A DNA stretch of 64,000 bases, taken from positions 54,710 to 118,709 of the forward strand of contig CANRFY010000002.1 in assembly GCA_947630015.1 (NCBI GenBank), written 5' to 3'. Numbering within the stretch: the stretch's first letter is position 1; the number at the start of each line of letters is the position of its first letter. Position numbers and translations under genes: made by a program. Origin of the DNA: an uncultured Clostridia bacterium (GTDB taxonomy: Bacteria; Bacillota; Clostridia; Oscillospirales; CAG-272). Shown here in pieces: positions 55,139 through 63,005 of the stretch. The notes under the pieces were generated by a model, which saw only the letters and a program-made list of their open reading frames with translations, had not been told where the DNA came from and ran no database searches.

Positions 55139-55864
55139 ATGCGCGATAGGGATATGAAAATAAACGAAAACGGCAGGGCCGATATCGATAGGATCACGGA
55201 TGAGACGATCAGAGCGGCCGTGCGCGAGGGCGCGGTCGAGACGCCGGCGGGACTACATGACGCCGTTATGGCGAAGGTCCGCGAGGAAAAGATAAAAAAG
55301 ACAAGGATCGACGGACGCCGTCTGCGGCGAATAACGGGCGCGGCGGCCGCCGCGATAGCGCTGTTCGTGTGCGTCGGCGTGGCGGCCGCGATCGGCACGA
55401 GAAGCGGCAAGGGGGGCAGCATCGATATGGCGGCCCCGGGCGCCGAGGTTATGGATCAGGCCGGCGGGAATGCGCCTGCCGGCAGCTATGAAAAACCGAC
55501 CGACAGAAACGACGCGGATGTGCCTGACGACGGGGACGGCGCTGACGTGCCTGACGAAAGCCGCGATATGCCGACCGGCGGGAACAATACGGACGAATCG
55601 TGGAACCTGACAGTGTCGGCGCTCGAATATGCGCGTGGGAACGGATACGACGGCGCTTACGTCGTCGTAACAGACGCGGACGGAATCGCCCTTGCCGCCG
55701 ACGCGCTCGGGAATGCCGCAAAATCTGACGGGAATGCCGACATCATAATCGCCGAATACAGCGCGGAGGCGCTGGAGACCGTGGAGAATGCCGTCGGTCG
55801 CGATTCGGAGCTGCTTGGCGCCGAGAACGGCAGCCTGTGCATTGTAGTGATCGCGGGAAAATAA
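55139..55864 (+). CDS. Putative anti-sigma factor (single-pass membrane protein)
   Basis: Immediately downstream of the ECF sigma gene. It has a cytoplasmic N-terminus of about 65 aa, one TM helix (AAAAAIALFVCVGVAAAIG) and an acidic extracytoplasmic domain. I recognise no family motif; the call rests on context only. Confidence 0.45.
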   Translation: MRDRDMKINENGRADIDRITDETIRAAVREGAVETPAGLHDAVMAKVREEKIKKTRIDGRRLRRITGAAAAAIALFVCVGVAAAIGTRSGKGGSIDMAAPGAEVMDQAGGNAPAGSYEKPTDRNDADVPDDGDGADVPDESRDMPTGGNNTDESWNLTVSALEYARGNGYDGAYVVVTDADGIALAADALGNAAKSDGNADIIIAEYSAEALETVENAVGRDSELLGAENGSLCIVVIAGK

Positions 55865-55869
55865 ACAAA

Positions 55870-55899
55870 CAGGGGAAAGCGAACGCTTTCCCCTGTTTT
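55870..55899 (+). terminator. Intrinsic terminator after the anti-sigma gene
   Basis: CAGGGGAAAGCG-aa-CGCTTTCCCCTG followed by TTTTGT. Confidence 0.8.
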
Positions 55900-55920
55900 G
55901 TCTGCAATCAATCGCCCGCC

Positions 55921-56052
55921 CTTGCACAAACGCGCAATATGAAGGCGAATACTCGCCAAATAACCCATGTCATAAAAATTCTTGAAGATTCTTAAGGAAC
56001 TTCTTATAAGAAGTTCCTTAAGCGGGGTTTGGGGCAGCGCCCCAAAAACCTC
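55921..56052. repeat. Mosaic-repeat locus F (partial scaffold unit + cassette + terminal hairpin)
   Basis: GCACAAACGCGCAATATGAAGGCGAATACTCGCCAAATAACCC is a degenerate unit. CTTAAGGAACTTCTTATAAGAAGTTCCTTAAG lies at 55991-56022. GGTTTGGGGCagcGCCCCAAAAACC ends 2 nt before the CotH stop. Confidence 0.85.
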
Positions 56053-58059
56053 TTATAATTCAGCAATCGCATGATCCATCCAGTCGTAGCGCGCGCGCAT
56101 GAAATTGCGGAGGTAATCGAGGTGTTCGCCGTATGAGCCGAGACGCGCGGTCTGCATCCGCTCGAACTGGATCTTCACGCCGAGGATCGGCCAGCGGGTG
56201 AAGTTGTCCTCCGCCGACGGCGACACGGTGCGTTCGGCGTCGTCGACGACGCCGAGACCCACGTTCAGCATCCGCTCGCCGACCTCGTCCCACCGCGCCT
56301 TGAGGCATGAGATGAAGTACGGATCGCGGAGAAGATAGTCCATGATGTTTTCCTCGATGTAGTTGTCGTAGGCGTCGGTCTTGGAATTTCCGAGCGAGAT
56401 CCAGTCGTCGTAGGCGTCGGTGTCGAGATTCATGTTCCCGAACGCGTAATCGAAATCCCACGGCGTGCAGAAATAGAGCTTGTCGGATTTCTTTTTTAGC
56501 ATGAAATCGGACAGGCGGAACATACCGTCGAGATTGTACGAGAACTCGTACAGCAAAAACCAGTCGACGAGCGACGGTACGTCGAGAAGCTCCGCATAAT
56601 TCCCGCCGTCCATGACAGCCTGCTCGACGGATTTGACGTATGCTTTGATATAGTCGTACTGCTCCTTCGTGAGCGATTCTACCTCCGGCGACCGTATCTC
56701 GACGAAACGGAACAGACGATGCGTGAAAATGTTGTATCCGCCGAACGTCGTCGGCACGCCGTTCGAGCCGATCTCGAGCAGATAATCGGTGTCGACCCCG
56801 GCGGAATCCTCCTCGCCCGGGACGCGCCCTTCGTTGATCTCCACCTGCTCGCTGATCTGGTATACGCCCTGATATTCGCCGTCGACGTAGACGTCGACGA
56901 GATTCGCGCTCGGAACGAATACAAGATTGTCAAGCTCCGCGCCGATCGTGTACGCGAGCTTGTTGCGGATGAGGGAGCGGTCGACGTGATTCGCGATCAT
57001 GACCCACCGCTTCGCGCGGTGAAGGCCGAACAGAGACGCGGCCTCCGTGAATTTGATCTTGTACGGCTTTTTGTCGAGCTTCCACGACGAATGACCGCGC
57101 CCGCGTATCGAAATCTCGGCGTTTTCGATCGGATCGAGATCGAACGCGCCGCCGTAATCGATGGAGAATGTGCCTTTAATGTATTTCTCGGTCGAGCTGA
57201 CGCCCGCGCCGAACGTCGAGATCGATACGACGGGGAGGTAGTGCCGCTCGCGCCGCACGTCGACGCGATAGGAGTAGACGCCGCCGTCGGCGTCGGTGAC
57301 GTCGACGCGCCAGCTGCGCTCGCCGCGAATGAATTCGGCCTCGCCGCCGGACGCGGCGGCTGTTTTTTCGTATTCGTCAAGCTCTAAAGGATCGAGCGCG
57401 CCGACGGTGAAAACGATAAGATTGCCGTCCACGACGGCGGTGCGGGCGACGTCGCCGAGCGCGATCTCGCACATCAATATACGCGAGACGCCGACGCCGC
57501 CCATCTCGGGATCGCAGTCCTCGCCGTTGCAGGATGCGACGTTGTCGTATTGATCGATATAGGCGATATCGGGGATATCGCCCGACGCGGACTCCCATAT
57601 AAGCGCGCATTCGGGCGCGTCAAGGAAAACGCTGCTTTCGACGCCGCCGCCGTTGTCATGGACGGAGATGACGCCCTCCCCTCTGCGGACGACGCGCAGA
57701 ACGCCGTCGACGGAGCCGTCGAACACGAGCGTTATGTCGCGGTCGAGGGTGAGCGTGCCGTCGAGGACGATGCCGTCGGCGAATTCGATCGTATCGATCC
57801 CGAGCGGGAGCGAGCTTTGCCCCGTCAGAGCCGACAGCTCGCCGGCGGCGGAAATATATATCGTATCGGAGGGCGGAACGTCCGTCTCGCCGGTGTCGGG
57901 GACGGCGGCAGTATCCGTAACGGCGGCGTCGGTGAGCGGGGATGCGTCCGTATCGGGGCCGTCAGTTATTTTCGGCGCGTCGCCGCCGCAGCAGCACAAA
58001 AGCGCCGCTGTGAGCAGCGCGGCGGCTATGAGCGCGGCGCGCGATCCGATCCTGTTCAT
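56053..58059 (-). CDS. CotH-family protein kinase-like lipoprotein
   Basis: 668 aa with signal/lipobox LLTAALLCCCGG. CotH blocks are ISIRGRGHSSWKLDKKPYKIKF, WVMIANHVDRSLIRNKLAY and VDVYVDGEYQGVYQISEQVE. Confidence 0.85.
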   Translation of the reverse strand: MNRIGSRAALIAAALLTAALLCCCGGDAPKITDGPDTDASPLTDAAVTDTAAVPDTGETDVPPSDTIYISAAGELSALTGQSSLPLGIDTIEFADGIVLDGTLTLDRDITLVFDGSVDGVLRVVRRGEGVISVHDNGGGVESSVFLDAPECALIWESASGDIPDIAYIDQYDNVASCNGEDCDPEMGGVGVSRILMCEIALGDVARTAVVDGNLIVFTVGALDPLELDEYEKTAAASGGEAEFIRGERSWRVDVTDADGGVYSYRVDVRRERHYLPVVSISTFGAGVSSTEKYIKGTFSIDYGGAFDLDPIENAEISIRGRGHSSWKLDKKPYKIKFTEAASLFGLHRAKRWVMIANHVDRSLIRNKLAYTIGAELDNLVFVPSANLVDVYVDGEYQGVYQISEQVEINEGRVPGEEDSAGVDTDYLLEIGSNGVPTTFGGYNIFTHRLFRFVEIRSPEVESLTKEQYDYIKAYVKSVEQAVMDGGNYAELLDVPSLVDWFLLYEFSYNLDGMFRLSDFMLKKKSDKLYFCTPWDFDYAFGNMNLDTDAYDDWISLGNSKTDAYDNYIEENIMDYLLRDPYFISCLKARWDEVGERMLNVGLGVVDDAERTVSPSAEDNFTRWPILGVKIQFERMQTARLGSYGEHLDYLRNFMRARYDWMDHAIAEL

Positions 58060-58104
58060 ACGTTACCTCCGTGCGGCGCGGCAAAAGCCGGAGCCGCTAT
58101 ATCG

Positions 58105-58133
58105 AATATACACCATTTTTCGCGATTTGTCAA
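58105..58133 (-). promoter_or_regulatory. Sigma-A-type promoter of the CotH gene (TTGACA-17-TATATT)
   Basis: On the minus strand, the -35 is at 58128-58133 and the -10 at 58105-58110, with a 17-nt spacer. It lies directly after the upstream terminator. Confidence 0.65.
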
Positions 58134-58168
58134 AAAAATCTGCGGCGTCGGGGGACCGACGCCGCAGA
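58132..58168 (-). terminator. Intrinsic terminator after the metalloprotease gene
   Basis: On the minus strand, TCTGCGGCGTCGG-tccc-CCGACGCCGCAGA followed by TTTTTTT. Confidence 0.85.
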
Positions 58169-58178
58169 CGCGGGATTT

Positions 58179-60182
58179 TCAGCGCTTTTTCTTTTTCACC
58201 GCGACGGCGACGGCGACGGCCGCCGCAAGCATCGCGGGAGCCGAGGCGAGCGCGGAGCCGCAGCCCCCGCTTGCGGTCGGAGTCTCGGGAGCGCCGGTGA
58301 CGGGCGCGGTCGGCGCGTCGGTTTCGGGGTCTGCCGTGACGGGCGTCGGCTCCGTTTCCTCCGGCTGCGAATAATCATAATCGATCGGATGAGGTTCGAG
58401 GAACGAATCGTAGAGCGATTTCGTCTGCGTCGTGTTGCGCAGACGCCACAGATCGCCGTCCTCCTCCGGCACGAGCATGAGAGGCGCGCCGTCCTTTGCG
58501 CGGCTGTCATGAGCGAGCGCGGTACCGTATTTGACGTTTACGAGCTTGCCCGCGAACGGATTCCCCGATGTCGGATCGAATAAGAAATACCATCTCTGCG
58601 CGGCGTTTTTGATATTGAGCGCGCTCGAAACGGTGACGCGTCCCTCGTCGCGGGCGGTCAGCGCCGACGTAAGATCGGGAGATGTGAGCGAGATCGTGCC
58701 GTCGTCGTGACGCGTCACGCGCCACGGACCGTTTATCATTGACGCGGCGTCGCCGTCGGTGCCGTAGGGGGTCCACAGGCACAGATCGTTTTCGGGCTTC
58801 GACGAATCTGCGGCATAGCGGTCGACCTGCCATATCGTGCCGCGCGCGGACGTCTCAAGCTTGAATATGTCGGTCTTGAGCGAATCCTCGTCGCACGCCT
58901 TGCGGTTGTAGGACGGAGGATCGATCTTGCCGCCGTGATAATTGTCCGGCGACGGCTCGTCCCACGGCGACGGCAGCGTCATGTCGGCTGGGAGGATCGT
59001 CTTGAAGAAATCGTATGTTATAGGATCGTATTCCTGCATCTCGGCGCGCGTGTTGAGCGGGCAGCGCGTTCCGTCGTTCCAGCTCGAAACGTCGTCCATG
59101 TTGTTGAACCAGATCGCGCACATCGTGGCGAAAAATTCGTCCGAATTCGAGATCGCGTATGTGTTCGGCCACAACCCCGCCTCGACGGCGTGTTCGTATG
59201 CGGCGAAATACGCGTCGGCGTAGGACTGATCGGGATTTTCCTCGATGCCGATAGATTTGATTATGTGGCCGAACTCGTGGATCAGCACGTTTTCGTTCGG
59301 ATACATCGTGTTGAGATATGTATCGGCGGTGTTGCCGCGCGTGCGGAGGATGTTGGCCTCCGCGATCGAGGACGTGCAGTTGTTCCAGAGATTGCCGCCG
59401 TAGCCCTCCAGATCGTACATGGAGGTGCGGAACCCGTAGCGATGCTCGGGGATCATGTACACGTTTTCGTGCGGACTGTAAACGGCGAGCGAGCTGCCGT
59501 AGGAGAGCAGCGTTTCGGCGATGCCGGTGCCGGCAAGTCCCAGCTCGACGTCGATCTGCTTCGCGGCAAGCACGAGCGAATCATAGTCGACGGTATCGTC
59601 GCCCTTCACGATCATACCGACGCCGGAGGTGACGAACTGCGTGTAATAATTTGTGCGCGGCACGCCGACATATGTGGCGCTGCGCGCCGATTTTCCGTCC
59701 TTATCCTTGATCTTGTCGCCCTTGACAGTGAGGGTCAATCCGTCCTCGCCGATGGAGGAAAGCTTTGACAGCTCCGACTCGGGGAACGAGATGCTCGACA
59801 TATGCAGATCGGGATCGAGACGGTTCATACAGTGCGCGGAGGACGCCGCGACGACCTTGTTCTGCCTGTCGAAGAAGATGGTGTCCGTCGAGCCGGACGA
59901 GATCGTATTCGGCGTGAGCGTGATCGTCTTATCGCCGCATTTGAGCGTGAAATTGGAAGGATTCACGGCCTCGTTCTCGTCGACGTAGCGGTCCCAGTAA
60001 ATTTCGAGAAAGCGCGCTTCGTTGAGGACGCGCACCTTTATTATGCGCGGCCCGTCGTAGCTTTGATCGCTGACGGCGCCGTCGGCGCCTACCTTTATCG
60101 TGTCGCCCTCGGCGGACGCCGGAATGACGAACGACGACGTCACAATAACGGCTGTGAGCATGAACAGTAAAAGCCTTTTCAT
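58179..60182 (-). CDS. Secreted zinc metalloprotease-like protein (HEFGH; anthrax-LF/PPEP M34-like) with ricin-type lectin domain and C-terminal hydrophobic anchor
   Basis: 667 aa with a type I signal peptide (VIPASA/EG). HEFGH is at aa 302-306 (nt 59265-59279), with downstream SNSDEFFAT as in the M34 HExxH...EFFAE arrangement. It has three QxW-like repeats (IWQV, QRWYF, DLWRL), a Pro/Thr/Glu linker, and the tail GGCGSALASAPAMLAAAVAVAVAVKKKKR. Confidence 0.6.
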   Translation of the reverse strand: MKRLLLFMLTAVIVTSSFVIPASAEGDTIKVGADGAVSDQSYDGPRIIKVRVLNEARFLEIYWDRYVDENEAVNPSNFTLKCGDKTITLTPNTISSGSTDTIFFDRQNKVVAASSAHCMNRLDPDLHMSSISFPESELSKLSSIGEDGLTLTVKGDKIKDKDGKSARSATYVGVPRTNYYTQFVTSGVGMIVKGDDTVDYDSLVLAAKQIDVELGLAGTGIAETLLSYGSSLAVYSPHENVYMIPEHRYGFRTSMYDLEGYGGNLWNNCTSSIAEANILRTRGNTADTYLNTMYPNENVLIHEFGHIIKSIGIEENPDQSYADAYFAAYEHAVEAGLWPNTYAISNSDEFFATMCAIWFNNMDDVSSWNDGTRCPLNTRAEMQEYDPITYDFFKTILPADMTLPSPWDEPSPDNYHGGKIDPPSYNRKACDEDSLKTDIFKLETSARGTIWQVDRYAADSSKPENDLCLWTPYGTDGDAASMINGPWRVTRHDDGTISLTSPDLTSALTARDEGRVTVSSALNIKNAAQRWYFLFDPTSGNPFAGKLVNVKYGTALAHDSRAKDGAPLMLVPEEDGDLWRLRNTTQTKSLYDSFLEPHPIDYDYSQPEETEPTPVTADPETDAPTAPVTGAPETPTASGGCGSALASAPAMLAAAVAVAVAVKKKKR

Positions 60183-60240
60183 GATACTACTCCCAAAAAT
60201 TATTTATAAAAATGTTTATAAAAAGTCTTTTGAAAGGGGG

Positions 60241-60284
60241 TGTCGGGGGAAAAGCTTTTCTTTCAGAAAAGTTTTCCACCGACA
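60241..60284 (-). terminator. Long imperfect hairpin downstream of glyQS (candidate terminator)
   Basis: In TGTCGGGGGAAAAGCTTTTCtttcAGAAAAGTTTTCCACCGACA the outer TGTCGG/CCGACA and inner A/T-rich arms pair with bulges. The T-tract is weak and displaced. Confidence 0.4.
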
Positions 60285-60287
60285 AAA

Positions 60288-61667
60288 TCACATCTTAACA
60301 GCCTTCTCAATATAATCCGCGACCTCGGAGGACGGTATGCGGACCTGCTGCATCGAGTCGCGTTCACGGACGGTGACACAGCCGTCGTTTTCCGTATCGA
60401 AGTCGACGGTGACGCAGTAGGGGGTGCCGATCTCGTCCTCGCGGCGATAGCGCTTTCCTATCGAGCCCGTCTCGTCAAAATCGGTCATGAAGCGGCCGGC
60501 AAGCTCCTCGTAAAGAGGCATAGCGGCGCCCGTGAGCTTTTTGGAGAGCGGCAGAACGGCGCACTTATACGGCGCGACCTTGGGCGAGAGGTGGAGAACG
60601 ACGCGCGTGTCGTTCTTTTCCGCGTCGATGACTTCCTCGTCGTAGGCCTCGCACAGAAGCGCGAGAACAGTGCGGTCGAGGCCGTAGGTGGATTCGATGA
60701 TGTAGGGGATGAAGCGCTCGTTAGTCTCGGGATCGAGATACGACATATTTGTGCCGCTGTATTCCTGATGGCGCGTAAGGTCGAAATCGGTGCGGTTGTG
60801 GGTGCCGTTGATCTCGCCCCATCCGAACGGGAACAAAAATTCGATGTCGCACGCCGCCTTCGCGTAGTGAGCGAGCTTCTCGTGATCGTGGAAGCGCAGA
60901 TGCTCGGACGGGATGCCGAGCGACTCGAAGAATTTATGGCCGTAATCCTTGAAATATTCGTAAAGCTCGCCGTCCTGACCCTCATGGCAGAACGTCTGGA
61001 ACTCCATCTGCTCGAACTCTATCGTGCGGAACGTGAAATTGCCGGGCGTGATCTCGTTGCGGAACGCCTTGCCGATCTGACCGATCGAGAACGGCAGCTT
61101 CGCGCGCATCGTGCGCTGCACGTTGAGGAAATTGACGTATTCGCCCTGCGCGTTCTCGGGACGCAGATAAATGACGGACTTGGAATCGTTCGTCACGCCT
61201 CTGTACGTCTGGAACATGAGATTGAATTCGCGGATATCGGTGAAATTGTGCTTGCCGCACTTCGGGCAGGGGATCGAATGCTCCTTGATGTAGGCGAACA
61301 TCTCATCCTTCGTCATTCCGTCCGCGTGCGCGTTCGGATCGTAATCGTTGATGAGATTGTCGGCTCTGTGGCGGGTCTTGCACTCCTTGCAGTCGAGGAG
61401 CGGATCGGAGAAGCTGGCGACATGGCCGCTCGCCTCCCAGACGCGCGGATGCATGAGGATATCGGCGTCGACCTCGTAGCTGTTCGGACGGACCTGGATG
61501 AAGCGGTAGCGCCACGCGTCCTTGACGTTGTTTTTCATCCTCGCGCCGAGCGGACCATAGTCCCATGTGTTCGCAAGACCGCCGTAGATGTCGGAGCCGG
61601 CGAAGATGAAGCCGCGGTTCTTGCAGAGCGCGACGATTTTTTCCATTGACTTTTCTGTGTTTTCCAT
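60288..61667 (-). CDS. glyQS: Glycine--tRNA ligase (dimeric class II GlyQS type)
   Basis: 459 aa with IVALCKNRGFIFAGSDIYGGLANTWDYGPLG, FRNEITPGNFTFRTIEFEQMEFQTF and an anticodon-binding C-terminus. The start could be M8 (61646). Confidence 0.95.
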   Translation of the reverse strand: MENTEKSMEKIVALCKNRGFIFAGSDIYGGLANTWDYGPLGARMKNNVKDAWRYRFIQVRPNSYEVDADILMHPRVWEASGHVASFSDPLLDCKECKTRHRADNLINDYDPNAHADGMTKDEMFAYIKEHSIPCPKCGKHNFTDIREFNLMFQTYRGVTNDSKSVIYLRPENAQGEYVNFLNVQRTMRAKLPFSIGQIGKAFRNEITPGNFTFRTIEFEQMEFQTFCHEGQDGELYEYFKDYGHKFFESLGIPSEHLRFHDHEKLAHYAKAACDIEFLFPFGWGEINGTHNRTDFDLTRHQEYSGTNMSYLDPETNERFIPYIIESTYGLDRTVLALLCEAYDEEVIDAEKNDTRVVLHLSPKVAPYKCAVLPLSKKLTGAAMPLYEELAGRFMTDFDETGSIGKRYRREDEIGTPYCVTVDFDTENDGCVTVRERDSMQQVRIPSSEVADYIEKAVKM

Positions 61668-61694
61668 ATATTTTTCCTTTCGGTTTGATGGCGG

Positions 61695-62783
61695 TTACGC
61701 GTTATTTCTGATCGCGCGGAACAGGCTGTACGCCTCGTTCACGTTCGGGATGAAGCATTCCCTGCCGTCGAGCGTCGAGACGGACCCGGGATAAGTCAAA
61801 ACGGACACCTCGAACTCGTCGTAGTGGCGGAGCAGGCCGAGCGCCTCGGCGAGTCCGTCGGCGTTCATGTTCGTCTCGGTATAGCGGACGACGTCGGCGA
61901 AAAGCTCCGGCGCGCGCGCTATATATTCGGCGCTGACGGCGCGCGCGAGCGCGGCGCGCGCAAGCGCGAGCATGGTGTCGCCGCGCGTGGAGAGCGCCTC
62001 GGGGGCCTCGGTCCTGTAATGGAGCAGCGCGAACAGATTCGACGAATCGATATGATTTGCGCCGGCCTCGATCGAGAGATACGTGTCGAAGTCGCGTTCG
62101 CCGTCGATGCCGGAGAACGGCGCGTTTTCCTCCGTCCTGTCGGGATTGTAGTAGGGGTTGATGATGTCCGCCGGAACGTCGATGTCGACGCCGTCTATGA
62201 CGTCGAGGACGTAACCGGCGTCGGTGACGTTGAGCCTGAAATAGTAGTCGACGGGCGTGGCGGTGAGATAGTCGACGAAGTCGACGATAGTCTCCGTGCC
62301 GTAGCGGTCGTAGCATTCGCCGAGCAGGCGGTAATTGTCGCCGATCTTGACCTCTGTGTCGGACGGGATCACGGAGAATACGATCCTGCGCGATTCCTCG
62401 CACACTGTCACGAGCATGATGAGATCGGCGCATTTGCGCCGTATCGGACGGGTGAGGACGCCGAGGGTGCCGTTATTGAACGTGCCGCGCGACAGATCCT
62501 CGGCGTAGTCGATGAAATCGTCGGGGCGGTAGTCGGTGCCGATCAAAAGCGCCGTGAACGATTCCCCGTCAAGATCGGGATACGACGGGGCGGGGTCGCC
62601 GCCGGGGCTTATGACGGGGATATCGGGGACGACGGGGACGAAGTCGTCCCCGCCCGTATCGGATTCCTCCGCGATCCCGACGAGCTGCTCGGATATAAAG
62701 CCGGTGATTATGAACGCTATCGAGCCGAATACGGCGGCGGATATGAGGAATACTATGACAAAATTTCTGACTGCCGCGAGCAT
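61695..62783 (-). CDS. LytR-CpsA-Psr (LCP) family protein
   Basis: Start at ATG 62783 after GGAGG (MLAAVRNFVIVFLISAAVFGSIAFIITGF, TM anchor). LCP-like blocks are FTALLIGTDYR, ADLIMLVTV..ESRRIVFSVIPSDTEV and TPVDYYFRLN. Confidence 0.7.
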   Translation of the reverse strand: MLAAVRNFVIVFLISAAVFGSIAFIITGFISEQLVGIAEESDTGGDDFVPVVPDIPVISPGGDPAPSYPDLDGESFTALLIGTDYRPDDFIDYAEDLSRGTFNNGTLGVLTRPIRRKCADLIMLVTVCEESRRIVFSVIPSDTEVKIGDNYRLLGECYDRYGTETIVDFVDYLTATPVDYYFRLNVTDAGYVLDVIDGVDIDVPADIINPYYNPDRTEENAPFSGIDGERDFDTYLSIEAGANHIDSSNLFALLHYRTEAPEALSTRGDTMLALARAALARAVSAEYIARAPELFADVVRYTETNMNADGLAEALGLLRHYDEFEVSVLTYPGSVSTLDGRECFIPNVNEAYSLFRAIRNNA

Positions 62784-63005
62784 AGTCCGCCTCCGAATCA
62801 AAAGCATTACAGAGATATTATATACCAACGCGGCGGCGTTTTCAACCCCCCGAGGCGCAAATCTGTCCGATTTATCCGTGCCGCCGGCCGATTTTATATA
62901 AATTCAAACTTTTCGGCGGGAAATGTCGGCGTAATTATTGACAATTATTACAACGCATTGTATAATAGCATAAGATTCAGTTATTATGTAAAAGGAGTAT
63001 AATAA

